Origin: Flavobacteriales bacterium
Lineage (GTDB): Bacteria; Bacteroidota; Bacteroidia; Flavobacteriales_F; PHOS-HE28
Length of the DNA stretch: 64,000 nucleotides
Direction: 5' to 3'
Assembly (NCBI GenBank): GCA_044347005.1
Contig: JBIIYD010000001.1
Span: 6,158-70,157, forward strand
A program made the position numbers and the translations under genes. This document shows, piece after piece, positions 17,823-26,813 of this stretch; the stretch's first letter is position 1; the number at the start of each line of letters is the position of its first letter. The notes beneath the pieces were generated by a model. The model was not told the origin of the DNA and ran no database searches. It saw only the letters and a list, made by a program, of their open reading frames with translations.

Positions 17823-19022
17823 ATGCCAATGCGCTACCTGCTGCCTGCGCTGCTCTTGTGGGCCTGTACCAACGGAGGCGCGGCACGTCCGCAAGAGGCG
17901 GAGGCCACGGCGCCCACGGAGCGCTACCGGCTGGAGGCGGCGGACCTACGCGTTTGGCGCACGGTGGATACCACGGAGGCAGAAGCCCGGGCGGATTTGG
18001 CCTGCCTGCGGCGCTTCTTCGTGAACAAGCTGGACAGCGGCGCAGCGCAGGACTTCTGGTGGCGGCCGGATGTGGAGCTCTACGTGCGGCCCTATGAGGA
18101 CCTGCTGTACACCGAGTACGACAGCGAGGCGCGCCTGCGCTACCTGCCCACGCTGATGGAGCGGCGCCCGTTGCCCGATGGCACCCGGCTGCTGCGCGTG
18201 AAGTGGGCCGCCCCGGACAGCACGGGCAGGGCGGAGGAGGTTCGGCAGGTCTTCGACTTCCTTGCGCGCGACACGCCCGAGGGCACGCGCCTGGCGATGC
18301 CGCTGGCGTGGAACACCGCCACATGGCCGCGGCACCAGGTGGGACCGATCGGCTACATCGTGTCCCCCGAGCGGCGTTTCGACCCTGCCGTGGCCCGTGC
18401 GCAGGAGCAGGACGTGGAGGCGCTGGGGCGCTTCTTCGGCATCTCGCCCTTCCCCCTTACGTACTACAGCTTCAAGGACCCGGCGGACCTGTTCCGGGCG
18501 CGGGGCTTCCTGGTACACCCGGCGATGTACGCGCACGCCACGGGCGGTCGGCTGGACCATGGTGGGCAGGTGTACGCGGGCAACAACAGCGAACGCTACA
18601 CCCACGAGATCGTACACGCCTTCATTTTCCGCAGCCTGGGCCGCAAGGGCATGGACCTGCTGCACGAAGGACTGGCCACCTGGCTGGGTGGCAGCAACGA
18701 GCACCCCTATGCCTGGCACCGCGCACAACTGCAGCGCATGCTGGCCGAGCAACCCGACCGTGACCTGCGACAGGACCTGAACGTGTACAACAGCGACTAT
18801 TACGCGGACGAGACCAACGTGGCCTACACCATTGGCGCCTTGGTGGTGGAGCACATCCTGCGCACGGCGGGTAAGGAGGCCCTCTTCGCGCTCTTCGCCG
18901 AGGAACACACGGACCTGAGCGCCTTGGAACAGCACGGCATCCGCGAGGTGGAGATCAATGGGTGGGTGCGGGCGGCGCTGGCGAAGGAGGCGTTGCGATC
19001 AGATGATCAGAAAATGAGATGA
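17823..19022 (+). CDS. Putative secreted/lipoprotein zinc metallopeptidase-like protein (HExxH)
   Basis: Signal peptide LLPALLLWACTNG. HEIVH motif (YTHEIVHAF). Confidence 0.55.
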   Translation: MPMRYLLPALLLWACTNGGAARPQEAEATAPTERYRLEAADLRVWRTVDTTEAEARADLACLRRFFVNKLDSGAAQDFWWRPDVELYVRPYEDLLYTEYDSEARLRYLPTLMERRPLPDGTRLLRVKWAAPDSTGRAEEVRQVFDFLARDTPEGTRLAMPLAWNTATWPRHQVGPIGYIVSPERRFDPAVARAQEQDVEALGRFFGISPFPLTYYSFKDPADLFRARGFLVHPAMYAHATGGRLDHGGQVYAGNNSERYTHEIVHAFIFRSLGRKGMDLLHEGLATWLGGSNEHPYAWHRAQLQRMLAEQPDRDLRQDLNVYNSDYYADETNVAYTIGALVVEHILRTAGKEALFALFAEEHTDLSALEQHGIREVEINGWVRAALAKEALRSDDQKMR

Positions 19023-19131
19023 TCAGAAAATGGCGCTGGGCGATGCAGTGCCTGTAGGCTACGCACCACCCCCGACCGAAGCGCGCATTCGATCTTCTGA
19101 TCATCTGATCATCTCATTTTCTGATCCTCTC
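18997..19131. repeat. ~130-bp imperfect inverted repeat built from GATCAGATGATCAGAAAATGAGATGATCAG units
   Basis: Left arm gatcagatgatcagaaaatgagatgatcagaaaatg. Right arm cattcgatcttctgatcatctgatcatctcattttctgatc. Directly precedes the PIN toxin gene. Confidence 0.75.
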
Positions 19132-19143
19132 AGGATCGCCCCC

Positions 19144-19587
19144 CTACCGCTTCCTTTTCACCAACCTCAGCGCCTGCTTCGCGCTCAGCCGTTTTACGCC
19201 GATGTGGCCGTCGTAGTCGGGGTCGCGGCTTACGATGGCGTCGAGGGTTCCGGCGGAAACCACGGCCCAGTATTGGGCGCCGTCCTCCAGGTCACCGAAA
19301 GTGCTACCCGCGCTCTGCAGGAAGTGGTTCGCATCCAAGGGCACCAGCTCCACACAGGCCAACAGATCTTCAAGGGTGCGACGGACGTGCTCGCGCAGGA
19401 GGCCCTTCTTAGCTGCATCCTTGCGCTGCAGGTGGTAAAGCACAATGCCGATACTGAGGGAGGTGGTGAGCAACTTCACTTGCCGTTGTTCCCCCAGGGC
19501 CAATAGAAGCAGCGCCTCCTCGGGGTCATGCGGGCGTTCGAGGATGGCATCCAGCAAGATGTTGGCGTCCACGAAGAGCCGCATCAT
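19144..19587 (-). CDS. vapC: PIN-domain toxin (VapC-like)
   Basis: MMRLFVDANILLDAIL. PIN acidic residues. ATGA overlap with the upstream antitoxin. Confidence 0.8.
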   Translation of the reverse strand: MMRLFVDANILLDAILERPHDPEEALLLLALGEQRQVKLLTTSLSIGIVLYHLQRKDAAKKGLLREHVRRTLEDLLACVELVPLDANHFLQSAGSTFGDLEDGAQYWAVVSAGTLDAIVSRDPDYDGHIGVKRLSAKQALRLVKRKR

Positions 19588-19874
19588 GCGCGGTCCTGTT
19601 TTTCGCGCTTACGGCGCTCGTAGGCCTTGGTCTTGCGCAATTCCGCACCGCCGCGGTCATCGGCCTCGAAGTCGGCTTCGGTGACATGCTTGGCCCAGAA
19701 CCCACGCCATTTCAGGATGTTAGCCTCACTTTCTCCTTCTGGGGTGGGTTGTTCGTCGCTCTTGTCGGCAAGGTTCTCCACCAGTTCGCTGATGCTCTTG
19801 CCTTTGCGAGCGCTGGCCTTGCGGAGCATGGCCACCTTGCGCCGGTCGATGCTGAGGGTGAGCTTGGTCTTCAT
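19584..19874 (-). CDS. Type II antitoxin partner of the PIN toxin (copy 1)
   Basis: 96 aa, basic N-terminus MKTKLTLSIDRRKVAMLRKASARKGKSISELV. Overlaps the toxin start. Confidence 0.7.
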   Translation of the reverse strand: MKTKLTLSIDRRKVAMLRKASARKGKSISELVENLADKSDEQPTPEGESEANILKWRGFWAKHVTEADFEADDRGGAELRKTKAYERRKREKQDRA

Positions 19875-19946
19875 GCATTGTCCGCCGAAGCTTTAGCGTA
19901 GGCGGGGGTATTGCGAAGTTACGTGTCCGGTGATACGTATACTGGA

Positions 19947-20279
19947 TCAGATCAGGGATCTGGGATCTTTCCGTTCGCTTGGGAATTGGGCGGGGTGCTT
20001 ACCACTGGCCTTCTGCATTCGCTCGTAGGCCTTGGTCTTCCGCAATTCGGCGCCGGCCCGGTCATCGGCCTCGAAATCGGCTTCGGTGACATGCTTGGCC
20101 CAGAATCCACGCCACTTGAGGATGTTGTGCTCGCCTTCTCCTTCTGGGGTGGGTTGCTCTTCACTCTTGTCGGCGAGGTTCTCCACCACATCGCTGATGC
20201 TCTTGCCTTTACGCGCGCTGGCCTTGCGCAGCATGGCCACCTTGCGCCGGTCGATACTGAGGGCGAGCTTGGTCTTCAT
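19947..20279 (-). CDS. Orphan tandem duplicate of the antitoxin (copy 2); divergent C-terminus, no cognate toxin
   Basis: Near-identical to copy 1 up to ...RKTKAYER. It then reads through into GATC-repeat sequence where copy 1 overlaps the PIN start. Confidence 0.6.
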   Translation of the reverse strand: MKTKLALSIDRRKVAMLRKASARKGKSISDVVENLADKSEEQPTPEGEGEHNILKWRGFWAKHVTEADFEADDRAGAELRKTKAYERMQKASGKHPAQFPSERKDPRSLI

Positions 20280-20432
20280 GCATTGTCCGCCGAAGCTTGT
20301 GCGTAGGCGGGGTATCACGAAGATACGTGTGCGGTGATACGTACGCAGATCTGATCATCCCATTTCTGATCGGAGCATCTATATCGGGTAACGGGTCCGC
20401 TACCGTAGCTTTGGTTTCCATTGCAGTAACCG

Positions 20433-20669
20433 ATGAGCACCGACAGCATGCGCATGGAATTGATCCGCTGGCTGAGCCAGTTGGATGACAAGGGGCTGCT
20501 TGCTTCCCTGCTCCACTTCAAGCAGGCCAACGAGTCCCATGACTGGTACGACAGCCTGACCGCTGAGCAACAAGCTGCCATTGCCGAGGGCGAAGCGGAC
20601 ATCAAGGCTGGTCGCGTGCGTTCTTCCGCGGAAGTGTGGGAAAAGTATGGCCGCACTCCGAAGAGTTGA
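20433..20669 (+). CDS. Type II antitoxin (ParD/RelB-like, addiction-module component)
   Basis: 78 aa. Overlaps the downstream ParE/RelE gene. An alternative start is at 20454. Confidence 0.65.
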   Translation: MSTDSMRMELIRWLSQLDDKGLLASLLHFKQANESHDWYDSLTAEQQAAIAEGEADIKAGRVRSSAEVWEKYGRTPKS

Positions 20670-20940
20670 GTGGTCCGCCCGAGCGGAACGCGACTTGGAC
20701 CGGCTTTACGCCTTCGGGCTGGAGCGCTGGACCAAACGCGAGGCCGACCATTTGCTGGATATGGTGCAGGAGTTCGAAGCACTGATCGCGCGTTGGCCGA
20801 ACGGCTTCAAGCGTTCGCAACGCAACAAGCATCATCGGCTGGGCTTCGTTCACCGCAACACATCGGCGGTGTACCGCGTGTATCGCGACCGGGTGGTGAT
20901 CGTGACCATGTTCGACAATCGCGCCGATACCGCGTGGTGA
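20647..20940 (+). CDS. parE: ParE/RelE-family toxin
   Basis: MAALRRVEWSARAERDLDRLYAFGLERW...VYRVYRDRVVIVTMFDNR, the typical ParE/RelE fold pattern. Confidence 0.75.
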   Translation: MAALRRVEWSARAERDLDRLYAFGLERWTKREADHLLDMVQEFEALIARWPNGFKRSQRNKHHRLGFVHRNTSAVYRVYRDRVVIVTMFDNRADTAW

Positions 20941-20972
20941 AGAGTCCGATCATCTGATCGGCCTCGCGTCGG

Positions 20973-22775
20973 CTACTCCCCGCTCGCAAGCCCCCTCATC
21001 ACCACCTCCGCCTTTTTCGCGCCCACCTCGGCCACCACATCCTCGGGCATGGCTTCGCGGATGCCTTTGATGCTGCCAAAGCGTTTGAGGAGTTTCTGGG
21101 CGGTACCGGGGCCGATGCCGGGGATCTCCTCCAGGCCGGTGCGCACGATGCGTTTGCTGCGTTTGCCACGATGGTGCGTGATGCCGAAGCGGTGCGCCTC
21201 GTTGCGCATGTGTTGGATGACCTTGAGGCTGCTGCTGCGCTTGTCGATGTGCAGCGGGTACGGATCGCCGGGGAAGTAGATCTCCTCCAGCTTCTTGGCG
21301 ATGCCGATGATGGCGATCTTGCCGCGTAGACCGAGCCGGTCCAGCGCTTCGAGGGCGGCACTGAGCTGGCCCTTGCCACCATCGATGACGATGAGCTGGG
21401 GCAATGGTTCGCCTTCGGTGACGAGCCTGCTGTAGCGGCGCTCCACGGCCTCGGTCATGCTGGCGAAATCGTCCGGCCCTTCCACCGTGCGGATGTTGAA
21501 GTGGCGGTAGTCCTTCTTGCTGGGCTTGGCGTCCTTGAACACCACGCAGGCGCTCACGGGGTCCGTGCCCTGGGTGTTGCTGTTGTCGAAGCACTCGATG
21601 TGGCGCGGCAATTCGTTGAGGCGCAGGTCCTGCTTGAGTTGCTCGAGCGTGCGCGTGGTGGCACCCTCGGGGTCGGTGAGCTTCTCCTGCTTCTGCTTGT
21701 CCAGCATGAAGTAGCGCACGTTGCGTTCGCAAAGTTCCAGGAGTTTCAGCTTGTCGCCGCGTTGGGGCACGGTGAAGCTGAGGCCGGGCACCTCGATCTC
21801 GGGGTCGAAGGGCACGATGGCCTCGGGTGCGAGGCTGTGGTAGCGGGTGCGCAGTTCGGCGATGGCGAGTTGCAGCATCTCCACATCGCTTTCCTCCAGG
21901 CGGCGCTTCAGTTCGATGGTGATGCCATGCACCACGGCGCCGTCGATCACGCGCATGTAGTTGACGTAGGTGCTGGCGGGGTCGCTCACCAGGCCGTAGA
22001 TGTCCACGTCGCCGATGTCGGGGTTCACCACGATGCTCTTGCTGTGGTAGCTCTCCAGCCGGTCGATCTTCTGGCGGTATTCCTCGGCGGCCTCGAACTC
22101 GAGCTTTTCCGCGTGGGCGTGCATCAGGGGCTTCATCACCTTCAGCAGGCCGCTCACACGCCCCTTCACGATCTCGCGCACCTGCACCATGTTGGTGGTG
22201 TACTCGGCTTCGTCCTGCAGGCCTTCGCAAGGGCCTTTGCAGTTGCCGATGTGGTACTCCAGGCAGCGTTTGAACTTCTTCTGCTCGATGTTCTTGGGCG
22301 AGAGATCGTAGTTGCAGGTGCGCAGTTTGTAAAGCTTGTGTACCAGGCCCAGCACGGTCTTCATGGTGCGCACGCTGGCGTATGGGCCGAAGTATTCGCT
22401 GCCGTCGTGCTCCGGGTTTCGCATGCCTTCCACGCGGGGAAAACGTTCGTTGCGGATGCGGATGAAGGGGAAGCTCTTGTCGTCGCGCAGCAGGATGTTG
22501 TAGCGCGGCTGGTGCTCCTTGATCAGCGAGTTCTCCAGCAGCAGCGCCTCGAATTCGGTGGGCACATGGATGACGCGCAGGTCCACGATCTTGCGGACGA
22601 GCAGGCGTGTCTTGCCGTCGAAGTGTTCCTTGGCGAAATAGCTGCCCACGCGGTTGCGCAGGTCCTTGGCCTTGCCCACGTAGAGGATGACACCTTCGGC
22701 ATCGAAGAACTGGTACACGCCGGGTGTGTGCGGCAACAGGCGGACCTTTTCGCGGACGTCGAGGGGGGAGGACAC
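20973..22775 (-). CDS. uvrC: Excinuclease ABC subunit C
   Basis: GIY-YIG N-terminus HTPGVYQFFDAEGVILYVGKAKDLRNRV. UvrC homology region. C-terminal HhH. Confidence 0.95.
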   Translation of the reverse strand: MSSPLDVREKVRLLPHTPGVYQFFDAEGVILYVGKAKDLRNRVGSYFAKEHFDGKTRLLVRKIVDLRVIHVPTEFEALLLENSLIKEHQPRYNILLRDDKSFPFIRIRNERFPRVEGMRNPEHDGSEYFGPYASVRTMKTVLGLVHKLYKLRTCNYDLSPKNIEQKKFKRCLEYHIGNCKGPCEGLQDEAEYTTNMVQVREIVKGRVSGLLKVMKPLMHAHAEKLEFEAAEEYRQKIDRLESYHSKSIVVNPDIGDVDIYGLVSDPASTYVNYMRVIDGAVVHGITIELKRRLEESDVEMLQLAIAELRTRYHSLAPEAIVPFDPEIEVPGLSFTVPQRGDKLKLLELCERNVRYFMLDKQKQEKLTDPEGATTRTLEQLKQDLRLNELPRHIECFDNSNTQGTDPVSACVVFKDAKPSKKDYRHFNIRTVEGPDDFASMTEAVERRYSRLVTEGEPLPQLIVIDGGKGQLSAALEALDRLGLRGKIAIIGIAKKLEEIYFPGDPYPLHIDKRSSSLKVIQHMRNEAHRFGITHHRGKRSKRIVRTGLEEIPGIGPGTAQKLLKRFGSIKGIREAMPEDVVAEVGAKKAEVVMRGLASGE

Positions 22776-22835
22776 GGGTCAAAGATCGGGCTTGGGCTGC
22801 GCCCGTGATGATCCGTAATTGATCTAAGCTGGGTA

Positions 22836-22970
22836 GAGTGGCGAGTGGCGAGTGCTCGGCCCGATGGGCCATCGCAGCGAGTGGCGAGTAAATGCCCCTT
22901 ACCGGCGCTTATCGCCTGGGGCATTTACTCGCTACTCGCCCACTCGTCACTCGCCACTCTCTCCCCTACC
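22836..22970. repeat. ~135-nt imperfect palindrome composed of CGAGTGG / CCACTCG heptamer repeats with a central hairpin
   Basis: gagtggcgagtggcgagtg...gcgagtggcgagtaaatgcccc | ttaccggcgcttatcgcct | ggggcatttactcgctactcgcccactcgtcactcgccactc. Lies in the divergent uvrC-lpxD promoter region. Confidence 0.75.
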
Positions 22971-22991
22971 TTGGCGCCATACTTCCCACCC

Positions 22992-24011
22992 ATGCAATTC
23001 ACCGCTACCCAGATCGCGCAACTCCTCCATGGCACCGTGGAAGGCGATCCCAACGCAACCGTAAACAAGCTCTCGAAGATCGAGGAGGGTGGCGAAGGCT
23101 CCCTGTCCTTCCTCGCCAACCCCGCTTACACGCAGTACGTGTACGGGACCACCGCCAGCGTGGTGATCATCGGGCAGGCCTTCGAACTGACGGCCCCGGT
23201 GAAGACCACCTTGGTGCGCGTGGCCGATGCTCAGGGCGCTTTCGCGAAGGTGCTGGCCATGTACAACACCATCAAACTGGACAAGAAGGGCATCTCGCCC
23301 CAAGCGGTCATTGAGGACAGTGCGACCTACGGGAAGGACTGCTACATCGGCGCGTTGGCCTACATCGGTGCGAATGCGAAGCTGGGCAACAATGTGAAGA
23401 TCTACCCACACGCCTATATCGGTGACAACGTGACCATCGGCGACAACACCACCGTGTTCGCCAACGTGACGATCTATTCGGATTGTGTGGTGGGCGCCAA
23501 CTGCATCATCCACAGCGGCACGGTGATCGGCAGCGATGGCTTCCGCTTTGCCACAGGCCCCAATGCAGCGGAGAAGATCCCGCAGATCGGCAACGTGGTG
23601 ATCGAGGACGATGTGGAGATCGGTGCCAACTGCGCCATCGATCGCGCCACGCTCGGCAGCACCATCCTGCGGCGTGGTGTCAAGTTCGATAACCTGATCC
23701 ACATCGCACACAACGTGGAGGTGGGCGAGAACACCTACTACGCGGCAGGCGGCGTGGTGGCCGGCAGCACCAAGATCGGGAAGAACTGCATGTTCAGCGG
23801 GCAGGTGGGCATCATCGGTCACCTGAAGATCGCCGATGGTACCATCATCGCGGCGCAGAGCGGGATCAGCAAGGACACCAAGCCCGGCGAGGCTTACATG
23901 GGTTCGCCAGCATGGGAGGCCAGCAAGTACCGCAAGAGCTACATCCACTTCCGCAACCTGGACCGCATCGTGGATCGGTTGGACAAGCTGGAGAAGAGCG
24001 TGAAGGGCTGA
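22992..24011 (+). CDS. lpxD: UDP-3-O-acylglucosamine N-acyltransferase
   Basis: Left-handed beta-helix hexapeptide repeats and LpxD N-terminal domain (MQFTATQIAQLLHGTVEGD). Confidence 0.9.
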   Translation: MQFTATQIAQLLHGTVEGDPNATVNKLSKIEEGGEGSLSFLANPAYTQYVYGTTASVVIIGQAFELTAPVKTTLVRVADAQGAFAKVLAMYNTIKLDKKGISPQAVIEDSATYGKDCYIGALAYIGANAKLGNNVKIYPHAYIGDNVTIGDNTTVFANVTIYSDCVVGANCIIHSGTVIGSDGFRFATGPNAAEKIPQIGNVVIEDDVEIGANCAIDRATLGSTILRRGVKFDNLIHIAHNVEVGENTYYAAGGVVAGSTKIGKNCMFSGQVGIIGHLKIADGTIIAAQSGISKDTKPGEAYMGSPAWEASKYRKSYIHFRNLDRIVDRLDKLEKSVKG

Positions 24012-24024
24012 GCGGGGGCGGGAC

Positions 24025-24561
24025 TCAATGTCCTCCGTCCTGGTCCAACAGCTGGTCCGTTTCCTCCTTGAGCTGGTCGAGCACGTCCTTCACCCACTTG
24101 GTCTCCCCGAGCGCGGGTAGCACCAAGGGCGCCGCAGCGCGCACCGGGCCGAACAGAGCGGAGCCTTCACGCGCTTCGCGGGAGGGCATCGAACCCGAGC
24201 TCCAGCCCATGAGCAGGTTGCACACGATGCTTACCGTGAACACGGACCGCAACACGCCGAAGGCGATCCCTGCGAGCTTGTTCGGCAGTTCCAACTGCGC
24301 CAGGTCGATCATGGTGGTCAACACGCGCGCCAGGAGATGTACGGCCAGCAGCACCAGCACGAAGGTGGCCAGAAAGGAAAGTGCTTCGTTGTCCGCACCC
24401 AGGCCGATGGCCTCTGCGACCCTTGCGCTGTAGCGCGCCGCCACCCAGATGCCCAATACCATGGCGATCAGCGAGCATACCTCCACGATGAAGCCACGGG
24501 AAAAGCCCTTGAACGCGGCCAAGGCGAACACAGCGAGCAACAACAGGTCCAACCAGTTCAT
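24025..24561 (-). CDS. cvpA: CvpA-family membrane protein
   Basis: MNWLDLLLLAVFALAAFKGFSRGFI... The 4-TM colicin V production protein pattern. Confidence 0.8.
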   Translation of the reverse strand: MNWLDLLLLAVFALAAFKGFSRGFIVEVCSLIAMVLGIWVAARYSARVAEAIGLGADNEALSFLATFVLVLLAVHLLARVLTTMIDLAQLELPNKLAGIAFGVLRSVFTVSIVCNLLMGWSSGSMPSREAREGSALFGPVRAAAPLVLPALGETKWVKDVLDQLKEETDQLLDQDGGH

Positions 24562-24654
24562 GGGTGCAAGATGCGCATCGATCGGCGATCGCAGCGCATC
24601 GGGGTCGCTTGAGAAAGCGGTGAACGGCCGCTATCCTTGCAGGAGCAATGCGCC

Positions 24655-26394
24655 ATGGCCAAGTCCCGTAAGCACACCCCCAGGGCCACGTCCAAGGCGC
24701 GAAGCCGATCGAGCACCCCGCTCGACCCCCGGTGGTACGATGCGCTGATCGCCTTGCTGCTGGCCGCCGCAACGCTGATGGCCTATGCGCCCGCCCTGGA
24801 GAACGGCCTGGTGAACTGGGACGACAACTACTACCTCACCGACAGCCCGTACGTGAAGGACCTGGGCTGGAACGGCATCAAGGCCATCTTCACGGCCTAC
24901 CACATGGGGAACTACCACCCCTTGCCCCTGTTGAGCTACGCCATCGAGTATGCCTTCGTGGGTCTGGACCCGCGCACGATGCACACGACCAATGTGCTGT
25001 TGCATGCCATCAACACGGTGCTCGTCTTCATGCTGGGCACACGCCTGCTCGGTCTGCGCTGGGCGGGCATCATCATGGCCCTGTTGTTCGCACTGCACCC
25101 CATGCACGTGGAGTCCGTGGCCTGGCTTTCCGAACGGAAGGATGTGCTCTACACCGCGTTCTTCCTGCTCGCGCTGCTGAGCTACCTGGGGTATGTACGG
25201 TCCGGTGCCCTCCGCTCCTACCTGCTGACCTTGGTCTTCTTCGCCTTGGCCCTGCTCTCCAAATCGGCCGCGGTGGCCTTTGCGCCCCTGCTCTTCGTGG
25301 TGGACTATTTCGAAAGCCGCAAATGGGACCGGAGGCTGCTGCTGGAAAAGCTGCCGTTCTTCGCCTTGGCCCTGGTGTTCGGCATCGTGGCGCTCGCCTC
25401 GCAAAAGACCGCGATGGAAGCCTCCTTCGCACCACAGTTCCCCTTGTGGCAGCGGCCCCTGATCGTGGGTTATGCCTTGGGCTACTACCTCCTCAGCTTC
25501 GTGTGGCCGTTCCGGCTCAGCGCCATCCACCCTTACCCGGCGCTGCCCGGCGAAGGACTACAGGCATACCTGCTGCCGGCCACGGCGGTATTCGTGCTCG
25601 CGCTCGCATCGGTCGTCCTGTTGCTGCGCTTTCCCGCCCACCGCCGCATCGTCATCACCAGCGTATTGTTCTTCCTGCTCACCATTGCCACGGTATTGCA
25701 GGTCATCCCCGTTGGCCGGGCGATCATGGCCGAACGCTATACCTACGTGCCGTACATCGGTCTTTCTCTGCTGGTGGCGCACGGCATTCTGGCGCGCTGG
25801 AATGCACCCGGTAACGTGTGGGTCCGTCGCGGACCTGCGATGGTTCTGGCGGTACTGCTGATGGCCTATACGGTGCAGACCCGCGAACGCATCCCGGTCT
25901 GGCGAACAAGCTTCACGCTGTTCGACGACGTGTTGCGCACCTACCCCGAGGACGGCCTGATCTACTACAACCGCGGGCTTACCTACTACTACCAAGGCGA
26001 CCACAAGCGTGCGATCCAGGACTACGATGCGTGCATCCGGTACCGGCCGGAACAGGGTTCGGCGTATTTCAACCGCGGGCTGGCCTACAAGGAACTGGGC
26101 GACATGCAGGCGGTGGTGCGCGATATGGACGCCGCCATCGCACACAGCGAACGCAAGGGTGAGGCCTACCAGAACAGGGGCAATGCCAAGGCCATGATGA
26201 AGGACTACGCCGGTTCCATCGCCGACCTCGACAGCGCCTTGGTATTCCTGCCGAACGACACGGCCATCCTGATGAACCGGGGTCTCAGCAAACTGTTTTC
26301 GGGGCAGGCCGACGCAGCCTGTGCGGATTGGCGCCTGTCACAAGCCGCTGGCAGCAGGCAGGCGGCCCGTTTGGTGGCCGAGCGCTGTCCTTGA
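24655..26394 (+). CDS. Polytopic membrane protein with C-terminal TPR repeats (TMTC/PMT-like GT-C architecture)
   Basis: N-terminal loop NWDDNYYLTDSPYV and multiple TM helices. C-terminal TPR units (YYNRGLTYYYQGDHKRAIQDYD...). Confidence 0.7.
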   Translation: MAKSRKHTPRATSKARSRSSTPLDPRWYDALIALLLAAATLMAYAPALENGLVNWDDNYYLTDSPYVKDLGWNGIKAIFTAYHMGNYHPLPLLSYAIEYAFVGLDPRTMHTTNVLLHAINTVLVFMLGTRLLGLRWAGIIMALLFALHPMHVESVAWLSERKDVLYTAFFLLALLSYLGYVRSGALRSYLLTLVFFALALLSKSAAVAFAPLLFVVDYFESRKWDRRLLLEKLPFFALALVFGIVALASQKTAMEASFAPQFPLWQRPLIVGYALGYYLLSFVWPFRLSAIHPYPALPGEGLQAYLLPATAVFVLALASVVLLLRFPAHRRIVITSVLFFLLTIATVLQVIPVGRAIMAERYTYVPYIGLSLLVAHGILARWNAPGNVWVRRGPAMVLAVLLMAYTVQTRERIPVWRTSFTLFDDVLRTYPEDGLIYYNRGLTYYYQGDHKRAIQDYDACIRYRPEQGSAYFNRGLAYKELGDMQAVVRDMDAAIAHSERKGEAYQNRGNAKAMMKDYAGSIADLDSALVFLPNDTAILMNRGLSKLFSGQADAACADWRLSQAAGSRQAARLVAERCP

Positions 26395-26510
26395 ACGCCG
26401 CTGTTCCGTGCGAAAGGAGGAACTTCGCCCCCCGTTCCGTCCTCCCACCTCCAAACAACGCACCTCCCTTGGACCTGGCATTCGAAAAACGCTGGCGCGA
26501 CCTGGTCGCG

Positions 26511-26804
26511 ATGCTCTCCGAACGCTTCGATGCCGGCACGTTGGACCTGAACGCGATCCTGTTCCTGGTGGGTGTTCAGGAATTGGGGCAGCACGCCCGC
26601 GAGTTCAAGAAGGACGAGAAGGTGGCGCTTATGCACATCGCCATCTGCGTGCTGCTGATGCCTTACGGGTACTACCGGGAACTGGGGCGCGATGCCGATG
26701 GCTGGCCGCACTTCGAACGGGTGAAGGACCTGCCGGCCTTGGGGCCCGACGAGCAGGAGCGCTTGATGAAGGAGGCGCTATTGGCCTACTTCGAGCGGGA
26801 TTGA
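26511..26804 (+). CDS. Hypothetical protein (may start upstream with a non-ATG codon)
   Basis: ORF only. Confidence 0.3.
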   Translation: MLSERFDAGTLDLNAILFLVGVQELGQHAREFKKDEKVALMHIAICVLLMPYGYYRELGRDADGWPHFERVKDLPALGPDEQERLMKEALLAYFERD

Positions 26805-26813
26805 GGTGTTCCC

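Noticed and set aside
17344-18935. Long minus-strand ORFs (326 and 329 aa) antisense to the HExxH lipoprotein gene
   Set aside because: Pro/Ala/Arg-rich translations with no motifs. The plus-strand ORF has a signal peptide and HExxH.
18997-19131. Interpretation of the TA-islet inverted repeat as an integron attC site
   Set aside because: No recognisable R''/R' core (RYYYAAC...GTTRRRY) and no intI in the window. It is kept only as a speculative analogy inside the TA-islet finding.
20950-22872. 640-aa Arg/Pro/His-rich ORF overlapping uvrC in another frame, and the 21501-22808 plus-strand ORF
   Set aside because: They overlap a bona fide, full-length uvrC. The composition is a high-GC artefact.
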